A DNA stretch of 64,000 nucleotides from Octopus vulgaris (GCA_951406725.2 OX597820.1:15872001-15936000), one strand, 5' to 3'. Shown: positions 1 to 13,469, numbered from the stretch's first letter. Notes: generated from the sequence alone by a model not told the origin. A program made the numbers and translations.

Positions 1-534
1 TGAAAAACTAAAGGTGGTGAAATAAATATTAGTCTTTTGGTGATAAAAAGTCTGGAGATTATGGAGAATAATCCAATATTTCATAATTAAACTGCCGCAA
101 ATTTGCCTTGGTTTGATTTGCAATTTGGGAATTGGTAATGTCACGCTAGAGAATTACCGGTACCCCGTCGGTTACGACGACGAGTTTTCCAGCTGATCCA
201 TTCAACGGAACAGCCTGATGGTGCAATTAACGTGCCGGTGGTTGAGCACTTCACAGACACGCGTACCCTTAACGTAGTTCTCATGGAGATTCAGCGTGAC
301 ATAGAATGTGACACGGTTGGCCCTTTGAATGACAAGTTCAATTCATTTTTGCTAGCTGGGTGGACTGAAGCAACGTGAGATAAATTGTCTTGGTCATACA
401 CACAACGCGCTGCCAGGAATCGAACTCACGACCTTACGACCGTGAGCCATGCCAAAGAACAGGCTTTTGTTATTTATCAATACCGAATGTCTCCTGGTTC
501 TAAACAACCTTTTCTACTATTAATAAATAACCTC

Positions 535-1140
535 TTCTACTATAGGCACAAGGCCTGAAATTTGATGGGTGGGGGTAAGTCTATTACATCGACCCCAGTG
601 CGTAACTGGTACCTATTTAATCGACCCCGAAAGGATGAAAGGCAAAGTCGACCTTGGCGGAATTTGAACTCAGGACGTAGTGGCAGACGAAATACCGCTA
701 AATATTTCGCCCGGCGTGCTAACGATTCTTATTTCGTTATTACCCACAAGGGGCTAAACACAGAGGGGACAAACAAGGACAGACAAACGGATTACGTCGA
801 TTACAGTGTGTGTAACTGGTAGTTAATTTATCGATCCCGAAAGGACGAAAGGCAAAGTCGACCTCGGCGGAATTTGAACTCAGGACGTAGCGACTGGCGA
901 AATACCTATTTCTATTTCTTTACTACCCATAAGGGGCTAAACACAGAGATGACAAACAAGGGCAAACAAACGGATTAAGTCGATTATATCGACCCCAGTG
1001 CGTAACTGGTACTTATTTAATCGACCCCGAAATGATGAAAGGCAAAGTCAACCTCGGCGGAATTTGAACTCAGAACGTAGCGGCAGACGAAATACCGCTA
1101 AACATTTCGCCCGGTGTGCTAACGATTCTGCCAGCTCACC
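535..1140 (-). mobile_element. SINE family A, multimeric
   Basis: Repeated core GTCGACTTTGCCTTTCATCCTTTCGGGGTCGATAAA and tRNA-like head GAGCTGGCAGAA...GTTCAAATTCC. Confidence 0.8.
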
Positions 1141-2069
1141 ACCACACTACAGAAATAAATAACGCCTGATTCATGGACAGTGCTGCCAAATAGTAACTCT
1201 CTTTTTGCGGGGGTGTAAAGTAGATTTTGAAACACATTCAAGCAACTCTTCAACATGAAGCCATTGCGAAGATCTTTTACTGTTGTCATGAAGGACTCAA
1301 TTTCGCCACAAGAAATTATTCTGTTTAAAATTACAGGATGCGGCAGAAAAGCTGCCTCGATTTCAAAAGTTAATAAAAAAACAAACACATCAAGATACAA
1401 GAGAAAAACGATGTTCTCTACTCGAGGCCATGGTGAGTATTGAAACAGAAAAAAAATAGCATTTAATAAACTTCTTAGAAATACAAAGGTTTTTTTATGC
1501 ATCTTCATGTGTTTGTCTTTTATTAACCTTTGAAATCGAGGCAATCTTTCTGCCGCACTCTGTAATTCCTTTTTATTTTGCACAAGAAGAAAAGATTATC
1601 ATACGACACATCTCGCATGCAGCGCTTTGGCTTATGCAAAACAGATTTGCCCGTCTTTTTCACTTTGCCGATCGCTGCAAATTGACGTCCTTTAGGTGAT
1701 TTCGAAACCTTTAGTGTTCACAGCATGTTTCAATGTTCCATCATTGACCACCGGAAGCTGATGGGGGAATTTTATTCGCAAGGTGGTCAACTCGGCTCCC
1801 TCCCCAGGCTGGCGCAAACGAGTTGGAGGACAACTGAAGACGTGGCTGACGACGGTAAAGGCGGATGTGAAAGCACAATCGGGTTCCCGCGTCTATAATC
1901 TTCGGCAGGAGCCGGCCCGAGGATGTGGTCAGCATTCTTGAAAGACGTGGTGATCTCGTTGGTCGAAGCCGGCTCAAACCAACACGGGTGAATGCTGCCA
2001 CATGTACAAATACAAGTATATCATTAAGGAAATAATTTTATTCTGAAACGCAGATAACGCTAATAATTT

Positions 2070-3015
2070 AGCACGCTGGGCGAAATGCGTAGCCGCAATT
2101 CGTCTGTCATTACGCTGTGAGTTCAAATTCTGCGGAGGTCGACTTTGTCTTTCATCCTTTCGGGGTCGATAAATAAAGTAGCAGTTTCGCACTGGGGTCG
2201 ATGTAATCGACTTAATCCCTTTGTCTGTCCTTGTTTGTCCTCTCTGTGTTTAGCCCCTTGTGGGTAGTAAAGAAATAGGTATTTCGTCTGTCGTTACGTT
2301 CTGAGATCAAATTCCGCCGAGGTCGACTTTGTCTTTCATCCTTTCGGGGTCGATAAATAAAGTACCAGTTTCGCACTGAGGTCGATGTAATCGACTTAAT
2401 CCCTTTGTCTGTCCTTGTTTGTCCTCTCTGTGTTTAGCCCCTTGTGGGTAGTAAAGAAATAGGTATTTCGTCTGTCGTTACGTTCTGAGTTCAAATTCCG
2501 CCGAGGTCGACTTTGTCTTTCATCCTTTCGGGGGTCGATAAATAAAGTACCAGTTTCGCACTGAGGTCGATGTAATCGACTTAATCCCTTTGTCTGTCCT
2601 TGTTTGTCCTCTCTGTGTTTAGCCCCTTGTGGGTAGTAAAGAAATAGGTATTTCGTCTGTCGTTACGTTCTGAATTCAAATTCGGCCGAGGTCAACTTTG
2701 CCTTTCATCCTTTCGGGGTCGATAAATAAAGTACCAGTTTCGCACTGGGGTCGATGTAATCGACTTAATCCGTTTGTCTGTCCTTGTTTGTCCTCTCTGT
2801 GTTTAGCCCCTTGTGGGTAGTAAAGAAATAGGTATTTCGTCTGTCGTTACGTTCTGAATTCAAATTCCGCCGAGGTCAACTTTGCCTTTCATAATTTCGG
2901 GGTCGATAGATAAAATACCAGTTACGCACTGGAGTCAAAAATAATCGACTTAATCCGTTTGTCTGTCCTTGTTTGTCCCCTCTATGTTTAGCCCCTTGTG
3001 GGCAGTAAAAAAAAT
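2070..3015 (+). mobile_element. SINE family A, five tandem ~180-bp units
   Basis: Near-identical units with a period of about 180 bp. Confidence 0.85.
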
Positions 3016-3115
3016 ATAGAACGAACAAGATGAAGTATCCATATTCTGCAAAATATGGAATTTTTTATCCTGTTCATTCTATATTATTAGCATAATCCTG
3101 CGTCTCAGAATAAAA

Positions 3116-3400
3116 TTATTTCCTTATCTGTATCTTTCGATACATCTCAATGCTTCTAAACCAAACTTTCAATGTAAGTTGTAAGTCTATCGACGGAGAC
3201 CATCTACGGCGCTCATTACTCAAGCACACACCTCCATATCGGAATTCATTTAAACACCTGCTTCCTCTTTTTGAACTGCAAGCTCCCACTTCAAATGCAA
3301 TATTGTTATTCTCTACTACCTCAGCTGCACTTTTAGCGAATTTAAGCTCATACAAAATCAGAAGTCTAACTTCTTTTACAGATAACAGCTGCGAAAGCAA
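3116..3400 (-). pseudogene. mariner transposase N-terminal HTH remnant
   Basis: VRLLILYELKFAKSAAE...NIAFEVGA...EFRYGGVCLSNERR resembles the mariner N-terminus. Confidence 0.65.
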
Positions 3401-3657
3401 GGTAAGAATATTAAAAATCCTCGTATAATCAGCAATAAACTTAAGATTTTCTAAAACTGCGATGTCAGCAAATAATATAGAAAAATTCGTAGCAAGAGTT
3501 GATGCATTAAAAGCTATGAAATATGTATTCGCAAAAGCAAATTTGAGAACGTGGCCATTTCACGTAAGACATCTTAATGTGTATATGTGTGTGTGTGAGT
3601 GCGTGTGTGTGTGTATCCCTCTCAGTTAATATATATAAATACAAACATATACACGCT

Positions 3658-3695
<38 letters not shown>

Positions 3696-3754
3696 CCTAT
3701 ATATACATATATATATACACATATACATATATTTATATGTATATATATACACAC

Positions 3755-3820
<66 letters not shown>

Positions 3821-3852
3821 ATATGCATGCATGCATGTTTACTTTCATACAT

Positions 3853-3887
<35 letters not shown>

Positions 3888-3893
3888 TATATA

Positions 3894-3944
<51 letters not shown>

Positions 3945-3961
3945 GTATATATATATGTATG

Positions 3962-4002
<41 letters not shown>

Positions 4003-4053
4003 TATATGCATATATACGTGTGTGTATATGCCTTATATATACACATGTAAATG

Positions 4054-4099
<46 letters not shown>

Positions 4100-4221
4100 C
4101 GTACATGTATATGGCTATCATAAACACTTTGATCTCAACAAATATTTTTATTTATTTATTTATTTATTTCTATATTTATTTTCCCCGTGTCTGCCCTGTG
4201 CGGTGCTGTTGTTCCCCAGAC

Positions 4222-4271
4222 GAGGAGGTATTGATGATGTTTGTTGTTCGAAACTTGCTGTTGAACTCCTC
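4222..4271 (+). ncRNA. degenerate hammerhead relic
   Basis: GAGGAG.gta-TTGATGA-...-GAAAC-ttgct-GTT-gaa.CTCCTC. Stem II is decayed. Confidence 0.45.
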
Positions 4272-4417
4272 AACAGAACCGTCTCTCTTCCGTTACGACA
4301 GCAGACGGAAACAAACACCCCTGATATGTCATTCGCACAGACTTCTTATTGTGTCCGGACAATGAACTGGTTGTAAAAAACACTTGAGATATATAAATAT
4401 TTGTGTCTATATATATA

Positions 4418-4448
<31 letters not shown>

Positions 4449-4627
4449 CTGTGTGTGTGCGTGATTGTGTTTTGATGTACGTGCGGACGTGTTTGCGCAT
4501 CTGTAGTGTACGTGCGCTTATAGTACATACATATACAGACTTATACACACATCTATATAAATACATACATACATACACATACACTATATATATATATATA
4601 TAAACATACATATATATACATATATTC

Positions 4628-4658
<31 letters not shown>

Positions 4659-5514
4659 TGTATGTATGTATGTGTGTGTGTGTGTATATATATATCTATA
4701 TATATATATATATGCGCAGGCGTAGCTGTGTGGCAAAAGGTTTACTTCCCAACCACATGGTTCCGGGTTCAGTCCTATTGCGTGGCACATCGGGCAATTG
4801 CCGCCGACAAAGCCTTGTAAGTGGATTTTGTAGACGAAAATTGAAAAAAATCCCCTTGTATATATCATAAAATCTTGATACAATGTAAAGGACATAATGG
4901 AAATTAATATTCACAAATCAAATTTTGCAACACCACTGCATCACATATGAAAAATGACATTGCTTAAATGGCAGCCATTTTCCGCTTCGCACGCCCGTAA
5001 TCATTCCAAAACTTGCACCATAACATCCTCAAGAGTTTCAGACCCCAGTTCTCTGATTGAAAACGAATGAGTTTAGTATTTAATTTCATGTATATATTTA
5101 TATATATATGCTTCTGAAACTAATAAAATTAATTCAATTTACGATATAAATTTGTAGTTTTTATTTTGGTTAAAACAACCAGCGACTTCAGAAAAAAAGC
5201 CTTTTACTACAGACTGCATTTAGCGTCTTAACCGTCAATCACTCCCACTCCGCTGGTGTTTTAGCCTCCTTTTTCCAGCGTAATTGACGATGCACAAAGG
5301 TGTCTATAAATTATCTTTACAGCTTCCAGACTTCCGAACTTCAAATTGTAAAGATAAATTATCGCCCCCACCCCGGCCCGTGTTTTGGAAAAAGTCCACA
5401 GCGAGTATGTCGGAGGTTAGATTAGTTGAAAACACACGGAAAACCTTAATTATTACCAATTTTACTAAGTATTATTAGCGGTCATCTTACAAACTTCCTT
5501 TTTAAAAAGCATAA

Positions 5515-5552
<38 letters not shown>

Positions 5553-5699
5553 TCCTATATATGTTTATGCATTTGCTTTGCAAGATTCCTGATGTGAAAT
5601 CGTGTATTGAAACGGATATTGTCGGGACGGTCATTTTTTTTTTGTCAAATAAGCACACGCACCATATATTCGCTCTTCACTTTTGGAGGAGACACGCAG

Positions 5700-6660
5700 G
5701 ATGAAAAGTCGCCGAAGAAGCCATGGATACGCATTTTCAGAAGGAGTTTATTAGCTTATTAAAACATAATATAAAGATCACAGTAGATACTAATTTAAAT
5801 ATAGTTAATTTCTTAGATATGATTGTGGATTTAAATAGTGGTAAAGCTGCCCTTAAAATAAATCTAACGAGAAATGACCGTATCTTATAAATTACCCCTG
5901 TCTTTTTATAATCCTCACAAATTTACTAATATTACTAGATGTCTCGTTAGACCATATTTTGACGAGATATCTTGTAACTATGCTGCTAAATATTACATTG
6001 ATTCATTTAAGAACATTCCATACAGGGAATGCGTGATATTGGGGACATTACGATACCGATATTCATAAATGCAAAAACAATCGTAAACAGGCGTAGGAGT
6101 GGCTGTGTGGTAAGTAGCTTGCTTACGAACCACAAGGTTCCGGGTTCAGTCCTACTGCGTGGCACCTTGAGTAAGTGTCTTTTACTATAGCCTCGGGCCG
6201 ACCAAAGCCTTGTGAGTGGATCTGGTAGACGGAAACTGAAAGAAGCCCGTCGTATATATGTATATATATGTGTGTGTGTGTGTTTGTGTGTCTGTGCTTC
6301 CACCCCCCCCAACATCGCTTGACAACCGATGCTGGTGTGTTTCCATCCCCGTAACTTAGCGGTTCCGCAAAAGAGACCGATAGAATAATTACTAGGCTTA
6401 CAAAGAATAAGTCCTGGGGTCGATTTGCTCGACTAAAGGCGGTGCTCCAGCATAGCCACAGTCACATGACTGAAACAAGTAAAAGAGTAAAAGAGAAAAC
6501 AAGACAAAATGGAATATCATTTGGTATAATTCTACATGTAGTTTAAATGTTCATTTGGGTCGCTAGGTTCTTCCCTAGCAGAAGATCCAAAATGTAAGAA
6601 GTGTTAAGGTAAGTTACAGTTGTACCAAAACTTTCGCTGTGAAATACAAATAGGAAAAAT
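5700..6660 (+). pseudogene. decayed Penelope-like retroelement RT/linker, split by a SINE
   Basis: Translated fragments IKITVDTNLNIVNFLDMIVDLNSG, AAKYYIDSFKN, WNIIWYN and SVKVSYSC match PLE RT C-terminal and linker motifs. Confidence 0.7.
6089..6497 (+). mobile_element. SINE family B (tRNA head, CORE-like segment, internal TA/TG microsatellite, (GAGTAAAA)n tail)
   Basis: GTGGCTGTGTGGT box A and GGTTCAGTCCC box B. Other copies at ~4718-4865, 7927-8372, 15034-15592, 25085-25455(-), 27010-27190, 29620-30072(-), 45055-45468, 55746-56225, 56420-56825(-) and 58990-59265(-). Confidence 0.85.
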
Positions 6661-6845
6661 AGGAAAAAGAAAAATTAAGATTAAAAGAAGCACTTAGACG
6701 CTAAACACCTTTATTTTTTAGTTAGTTTCACTCACTGAATGTTTTAACAACATAGAAAGAACAAATAAGCAGTTTATTGCAGATACCTTATTGAGCGAAT
6801 CTTTAAGACGTTTCATTGGCTTTACTTTTTGGACAGAATTCACAA

Positions 6846-6882
<37 letters not shown>

Positions 6883-6996
6883 AATGTAAGATCCAAGCAT
6901 CGAAGTGTGGGAAGAAGATTAGCTTCAAGCAAATCTATGTAGCCCGGATATCATCTATTCTACTCTTTAACTTTTGTGTGCGCGTGCGTGTGTAAG

Positions 6997-7067
<71 letters not shown>

Positions 7068-7354
7068 TAGAGTGGCCCTTATTTTTCAGCTTTCTGAAAG
7101 TTAAGCCCCCACCCACCTATCTTGTTCCAATTAACAAAAAAAAAGAAGAAAACAATCTATGCAAAATTTTAGCTCACTCGAACAACTGTAAGGCGACCCT
7201 CATCGATCTTGAAATTTTGAAGTTTTAACCCAGAAAGTCATTTTTTCTGATAAATATTTTTTAATCCCTTATATAATTTTCTCTTAAATTCAAAACTTGT
7301 TCAGACTTATTCTTGGTAACAGAAGGATAAGTGACAATAAATATAATGGGGAAG

Positions 7355-7920
7355 GTTACTTACAAAGCAGGGGACAGAGCGGAGTTATAAGGTAAACATA
7401 CATTTTTATTAACCATAAGGTTGAGAAAAAAGAGGGGACGATACGAGGACAGACAAAACAAACATTGGGGTCAGAGTATCGAATGAGACGAAACGTATGA
7501 ATAAACAAACAATTAAAATATATGCAATTAAATGAGAATGAGTGATTTACAAAAAAATGAAGCGGAGGACGTGGTCGACCCCACAAACCACATAATCACA
7601 CTGAAGACTTTGCTTTCTCCTTTTTATATTCTCGTTTAAACAGGTTCTTTCGCTCGCAACATACTTGCTATAGACTTCCATCTTTTAGGAAGCACACTTT
7701 ACGGCAGGCATTTCTTCTCCAGCCTTATTTTCCGTTTCACGTGGAAAACGAAAAAGTCGGTTAGCTCGAGACTGGAGATGAACATGCCTGTTGCAATTCC
7801 TTTCACTCTCGTCTTCCATACTACCTCTTTCGCAACAGTATGCGGCCAGCCGTGAGCGAGTGAGGTTGTGAGTTGCGTTCGTCTGTTGTCGGAATTGTAG
7901 TGTACCTAGTGGTAGTGTTG
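7355..7920 (-). mobile_element. L1/Tx1-like LINE 3' end (ORF2 C-terminus plus 3'UTR)
   Basis: LTDFFVFHVKRKIRLEKKCL...KRWKSIASM, then a T-rich UTR with AATAAA. Confidence 0.5.
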
Positions 7921-7926
7921 AGAAAT

Positions 7927-8092
7927 AGGAATGGCTGTGTGGTAAGTAGCTTGCTAACCAGCCACATGGTTCCGGGTTCAGTCCCACTGCGTGGCATCTT
8001 GGGCAAGTGTCTTCTACTATAGCCCCGGGCCAACCAATGCCTTGTGAGTGGATTTGGTAGACGGAAACTGAAAGAAGCCTGTTGTATATATG

Positions 8093-8148
<56 letters not shown>

Positions 8149-8372
8149 TGTGTCTGTGTTTGTCTCTTTAGCATTGCTTGACAACCGATGCTGGTGTGTT
8201 TACGTCCCCGTCACTTAGCGGTTCGGCAAAAGAGACCGATAGAATAAGTACTGGGCTTACAAAGAATAAGTCTCGGGTTCGATTTGCTCGACTAAAGGCG
8301 GTGCTCCAGCAAGGCCGCAGCCAAATGACGGAAACAAGTAAAAGAGTAAAAGAGTAAAAGAGTAAAAAGAGT
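7927..8372 (+). mobile_element. SINE family B
   Basis: Full-length homologue of 6089-6497. Confidence 0.85.
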
Positions 8373-10346
8373 ATTAAGAAATATACATTAGTGATAAACA
8401 GTGAACTAATATGACTTGTCCTCCTTTGTAAATATAAGTTAATTTATTTGTAATAACTTGTAAGCACTGGGATCGATAAATTAAGTACCAGTTGCGTACT
8501 GAGGTCGATCTAATCGACTAGCCCCCTCCTCCCAAAATTCACGCCTTTTGGCTAGGGTAGAAAAGAGAAGAATAACCTGTGAGCACTCATTCATTTTGTT
8601 GTGGGGCCACATGGTTCCGGGTTCAGTCCTATTATCTGCAACCTTGGGCAAGTGTCTTCTACTATAGTATCGGACCGACCAAAGGCTTGTGAGTGGATTG
8701 GATAGACGGAAATTGAAAGTAACCTGTCGTATATGTGTGTGTGTATATATGTCTGTATGTATGTGCATACATATATCTTTTATTTTTCACTTATCTCACT
8801 CATTGAGGGCGCGTGGCTTAGTGGTTAGAGCATTCGGCTCATGATCGGAAGGTTGTGAGTTCGATTCCCGATGTGTCCTTGAGCAAGACGCGATGTGTCC
8901 TTGAGCAAGACACTTTATTTCACGTTGCTCCAGTCCACTCAGCTGGCAAAAATGAGTTGTACCTGTATTTCAAAGGGACGGCCTTGTCACACTTTGTGTC
9001 ATGCTGAATCTCTCCGAGAACTACATTAAGGGTACGCGTGTCTGTGGAATGCTCAGCCACTTGCACGTTAATTTCACGAGCAACTTGTTCCGTTGATCGA
9101 TTCAGCTGGGATCCTCGTCGTCGTAACCGACGGAGTGCTCCTATATAATATAATCTCACTCATTAAACTTTGGCCATGCTGGGGCACACACATACACACA
9201 CGGAATTTTCATATAACGTTCGAAAACAATGCTAATTTGAATTTTAAAATTTGACAGTGATCGAACTCACAAATCTCTTGTTAAGCTGTTGAATCTTATA
9301 TTTTACAAAATTGTATAATTTACAAATATAACAACGGTTTAACATTTATATCATATTGTTTTCGAGTGCTGTGTACTCTAGGCAAGATAAAACCTCAGGA
9401 CAACATTCGATTTCCGTTTGGAGGTCATTTCGTAACGCTCACACCATCAAATCTCTCGGTAGTGACATAAACACACCACTTATATCTTCCTACTCTAGAA
9501 CAAACCAACAAAAATCTAATGCCCAAGTATCGTGCGATTTGCAACAACAAGTAGACTCCCAATAAGCAGAACTACATGCTGAACTTCAGTCCCAGGAAGG
9601 ACCTGATTCACTTTTTTTTCGCATGTAATGTTCGGGGAGTGGAAGTTGTTTTTTTTAACGGATTTGTGAGAAGATGGATGATTTGTTCCATATGCGTTTG
9701 CATAACTTTTGAGACATAGTATGGTATGTTGCTGGTGGAAGAAGCTGGATTAGGTAGCGCCTTATATCTTCTCATCTTAGAATACAAAGCCCTTGTGCTT
9801 ACTCAAAGCAAACCGCACGGTTTTGATGAGTTGAGCGGCGCAAAGAAAGAGCAAGCATTATAACAAGGTGGGAGATGAATTATGTCGATGTTTGGCGAGA
9901 ATACTATCAAAACTTTGGTTATGTAACTTTAAGTTCTGAGTTCGAATACTGCGCAGATCAAAATTGTCTTTTTCTATGGTCCAGAAAATAAGTACTGGAG
10001 CCGTGTAGACATACTTGAATGTGTGCTCCAGTATGGCCATAATGTAATGACAGTAACTGAAGTAAAATAAAAAATGAAAAACTCTGGGAGAAAAGGATTT
10101 GCTAATTTTCTGTTTTCTGTTTTTATTTTTAGTCTCTCTTCATCGAAAATGAGTTTTTCTATTAATTTTACTGGTACTGAAAATTTAGCTGAATATTTGA
10201 AAGAGAAGCAGAGGAAGGACATTTCTATTGTTATTTTTTAAAATAGTAATGATGTTGGACGAAGAGAAAACATTTGTAGTTCTCTATTACTGTTGCTCCT
10301 GAACGTAGCTCCGATGTTAATAACGTGATACTCATCTCTATAAATG

Positions 10347-10385
<39 letters not shown>

Positions 10386-10438
10386 GTTTAAATATTTGTT
10401 GTGCAAGATTTTTTATGTGAAATCGTGTGTTGAAACAG

Positions 10439-10848
10439 ATATTGTTATATTTTTGAATGGTCATTTTGCCAGTTTAGCCAATAAAAACACGCACTATATA
10501 TTTGGTGTTACTTTGCTTCAGTGTTATTTATTTTTTACATTAATCTTAATCTTATTTCGCCAGAGTTCTTTCGTCACACTCCTGTGACCGCATCAGTGGT
10601 CCTTTGTTTTCTCACTTATTTGTGTCTCTCCTTACTAACCGGTTAGTAAGGAGAGACACAAATAAGTGAGAAGAAAACAAAGGACCACTGATGCGGTCAC
10701 AGGAGTGTGACGAAAGAACTCTGGCCGAAATAAGATTAAGATTAATGTAAAAAATAAATAACACTGAAGCAAAGTAACACCAAATATATAGTGCGTGTGT
10801 TTTTATTGGCTAAACTGGCAAAATGACCATTCCGAAATATAACAATAT
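10439..10848. repeat. ~410-bp spacerless palindrome
   Basis: Centre ...CTTACTAACC|GGTTAGTAAG at 10640/10641; arms nearly identical. Confidence 0.9.
10683..10726 (+). ncRNA. hammerhead-like motif (A9->C), mirrored on the minus strand at ~10558-10601
   Basis: GACCA-CTGATGC-g-GTCACA-ggag-TGTGAC-GAA-AG-aa-CT-C-TGGCC. Confidence 0.6.
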
Positions 10849-11986
10849 ATATATATATATATATATATTTCTTTATTGCCCACAAGGGGCTAAACATAGA
10901 AGGGACAAACAAGGACAGACAAACGGATTAAGTCGATTACATCGACCCCAGTGCGAAACTGGTACTTTATTTATGACCCCGAAAGGATGAAAGGCAAAGT
11001 CGACCTCGGTGGAATTTGAAGACGTCATCAACAGTTCAAACAACATGAAATGCGTAAAAAACGAGCAAAGATGGAGAACAAGACAAGTAAACACAGAGAA
11101 AGGACCCTTCATCAGTTGTCGGCTGTCTATCTACTCCTCATTTCGAGCATTCTGGGATTTTGACAATTGCTGTTCTTATAGAACTTACATATACCCAAGA
11201 AAGAATATTAGAACCATTTTACCACTGATTAGGAAAGATATCTAATGTAGCTACTTGGCAAAGTAATTCATGATCCTGGCTTTATTTTCTTAATTTATGA
11301 ATATTGTCACGTAATCACGTGACCGACTAGACTATCAGATGTTGCTACACATCGCTTGTCACAATGCGCTTCGCATTGTTTTAGCCTTCAAATGACGCCA
11401 CCAGCAGGCCAACAGAAGAAAGAGTGAGAGAAAGTCGCAGCGAAAGTGTACAGCAGGAATCGCCACCACCCCCTGCCGGAGCCTCGTGGAGCTTCAGGTG
11501 TTTTCGCTCAATAAACACTCACAACGCCCGGTCTGGGAATCGAAACCGCGATCCTACGACCGCGAGTCCGCTGCCTTAACCACTGGGCCATTGCGCCTCC
11601 ACATATGAATATTGTGTTAATATTTAATGTTTGTTCATGCAAAATATAGAATTACACAGAATATGGGGCTTAGCTATACAGTGTAAAAGAATATACATTT
11701 TCATGAGGCTTTGTACTTTGTACTCTTTTTTTATTTTTCAGTGATGACTGTGCTCTTCCACCTTTTCTTATTTTTTCCATCTTGCTTCCTAAAATTAACA
11801 CCTTTGAAAGGTCAACAGCACTTGTGAGAAAATGTGTTTATTTACAAATATGTCGATAAGTATACAATGGAAAAAGAAAAAAGAAAGGAGAAAGAAAAAT
11901 ACTTTGTAATGAAATTTCAATGAATTGACCACACCAAATTCAAAGGAAACGTCTCTCTTTCTTTCTCTCTATTTTTCTCTCTTTCC

Positions 11987-12056
<70 letters not shown>

Positions 12057-12069
12057 GTCTGTCTGTCTT

Positions 12070-12111
<42 letters not shown>

Positions 12112-13469
12112 CATTTCTCATCCTTTATTATTATTTTTCTCCTCTTTCTTGATTGTCCTGAAACCCCCTTCTCTCTATGTATCTATTCCCTTTCCCCATT
12201 TTGCTCTTCTTTCTCTCTTTCTCCCCAAATACTAAAAACAATATTCTCCTCTTCTAAGCAAAACAAACAAAAACATATATAAACGAACAACGAAACGTTC
12301 TGTTTTTACCATTTCGATTTTGATCTTGTCTTGACGAGTTCGAAAACGAACGAAGGCGCTAATAAAGGATTATCCAAAATTCTGACTGCCTCCTTTTTCT
12401 CAATATACACATTATTACCTGCAAAACCGACTCTCGCTCTGACGATCAAGAGAATACGTCAAATCTCGATCTAGAATTCATAAGGCTGTCGGAAGAGAGA
12501 ATGCCTAAAATTAGCTGAAGGTAGGATATCGACAGAGTTGAAAAAACAGGGATCCAACTGGAGGGAAAAGCAGAAATGACAGCCTAGATTCGAGAACAGT
12601 GGAGAAAAGCTGTCGTGCTTCATCGAAGGAAGCCAAGGGCTTAAGAAAAGACAAGAAAAACTGTGCATCCGACCAAACTTGTGAACGATGGCTGTAGTCT
12701 AAGTTTGACGAAGCCAGTCAGTCTTCTTAGAAATTAACATCCTTGGAAAAAGAGACATCCACGCCATTTTGACTTTATATAATGCATTCTTGGTAAGTCA
12801 ATAACTCGGCGTGAATTTATCTTATGAATTCATTGGAAGTTTTCAATACAATACAGCAAAGCTAACATAATTTTCTTTCTGATTTTGCTGAAGATTTTGG
12901 GATGGTGTTAAGTCTTACATTTTTTTCTGTTTGATTCCTGTTCAATATCAGACTTCATGCGTGAATGTCCATATTTACTTCTCACTTCAAGTAGCGTTGT
13001 AATTATTTTCATATTCGTCACATGGAGCGTTATCCGTGTTCAAGTGGAGAACGCTCTCTCAGTTCAATGTCCGCTTATTTCCTTTTGGCTAAATTCACTT
13101 TTTGAATTTGCTTAGTAAGCGCAAATGACGTCACAGCATTCTGCTTCTCATACCTGTAACTCCCAAGTCTTGTGATTCCTTTTAATTCAAGAAAAATTTG
13201 AGAAAGTTCAATTTAATCTCTATTTTTAAATAGTTGTATCTATAGAGGGGCTTTCTCCGTCCGGGTTGCGGATCCATGGAATAAGCTGGCGGCGAGATAG
13301 TGAAGATGCCGACGACCGCTCGGTTCAAAGTCTCCCTTGACCACAAATGGCTTGAACTCTTTGTATGAACACCACCCTGTACATAACTCCATGTCCCCCT
13401 AAATGACCTTGCTTTTTGCTTTTTGAGCCAAAAAATTAACTTAACTTAACTTATTCTTTATACTCATGA

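Noticed and set aside
1150-2000. ORFs 1119-1583 and 1741-2001 as host genes
   Set aside because: No splice or domain support; only a weak resemblance to a decayed LINE ORF2 tail, too poor to call.
2070-3015. CRISPR-like array
   Set aside because: Units repeat over their whole length with no unique spacers, and the context is eukaryotic SINE sequence.
3577-4895. Long YI/HT/CV/MYVC-rich ORFs here and elsewhere (30637-31165, 54307-54795, 58231-58851, 62189-63100)
   Set aside because: They are translations of microsatellites with no coding signal.
11095-11150. Possible type-II hammerhead on the minus strand
   Set aside because: Stems I and III could not be formed convincingly.
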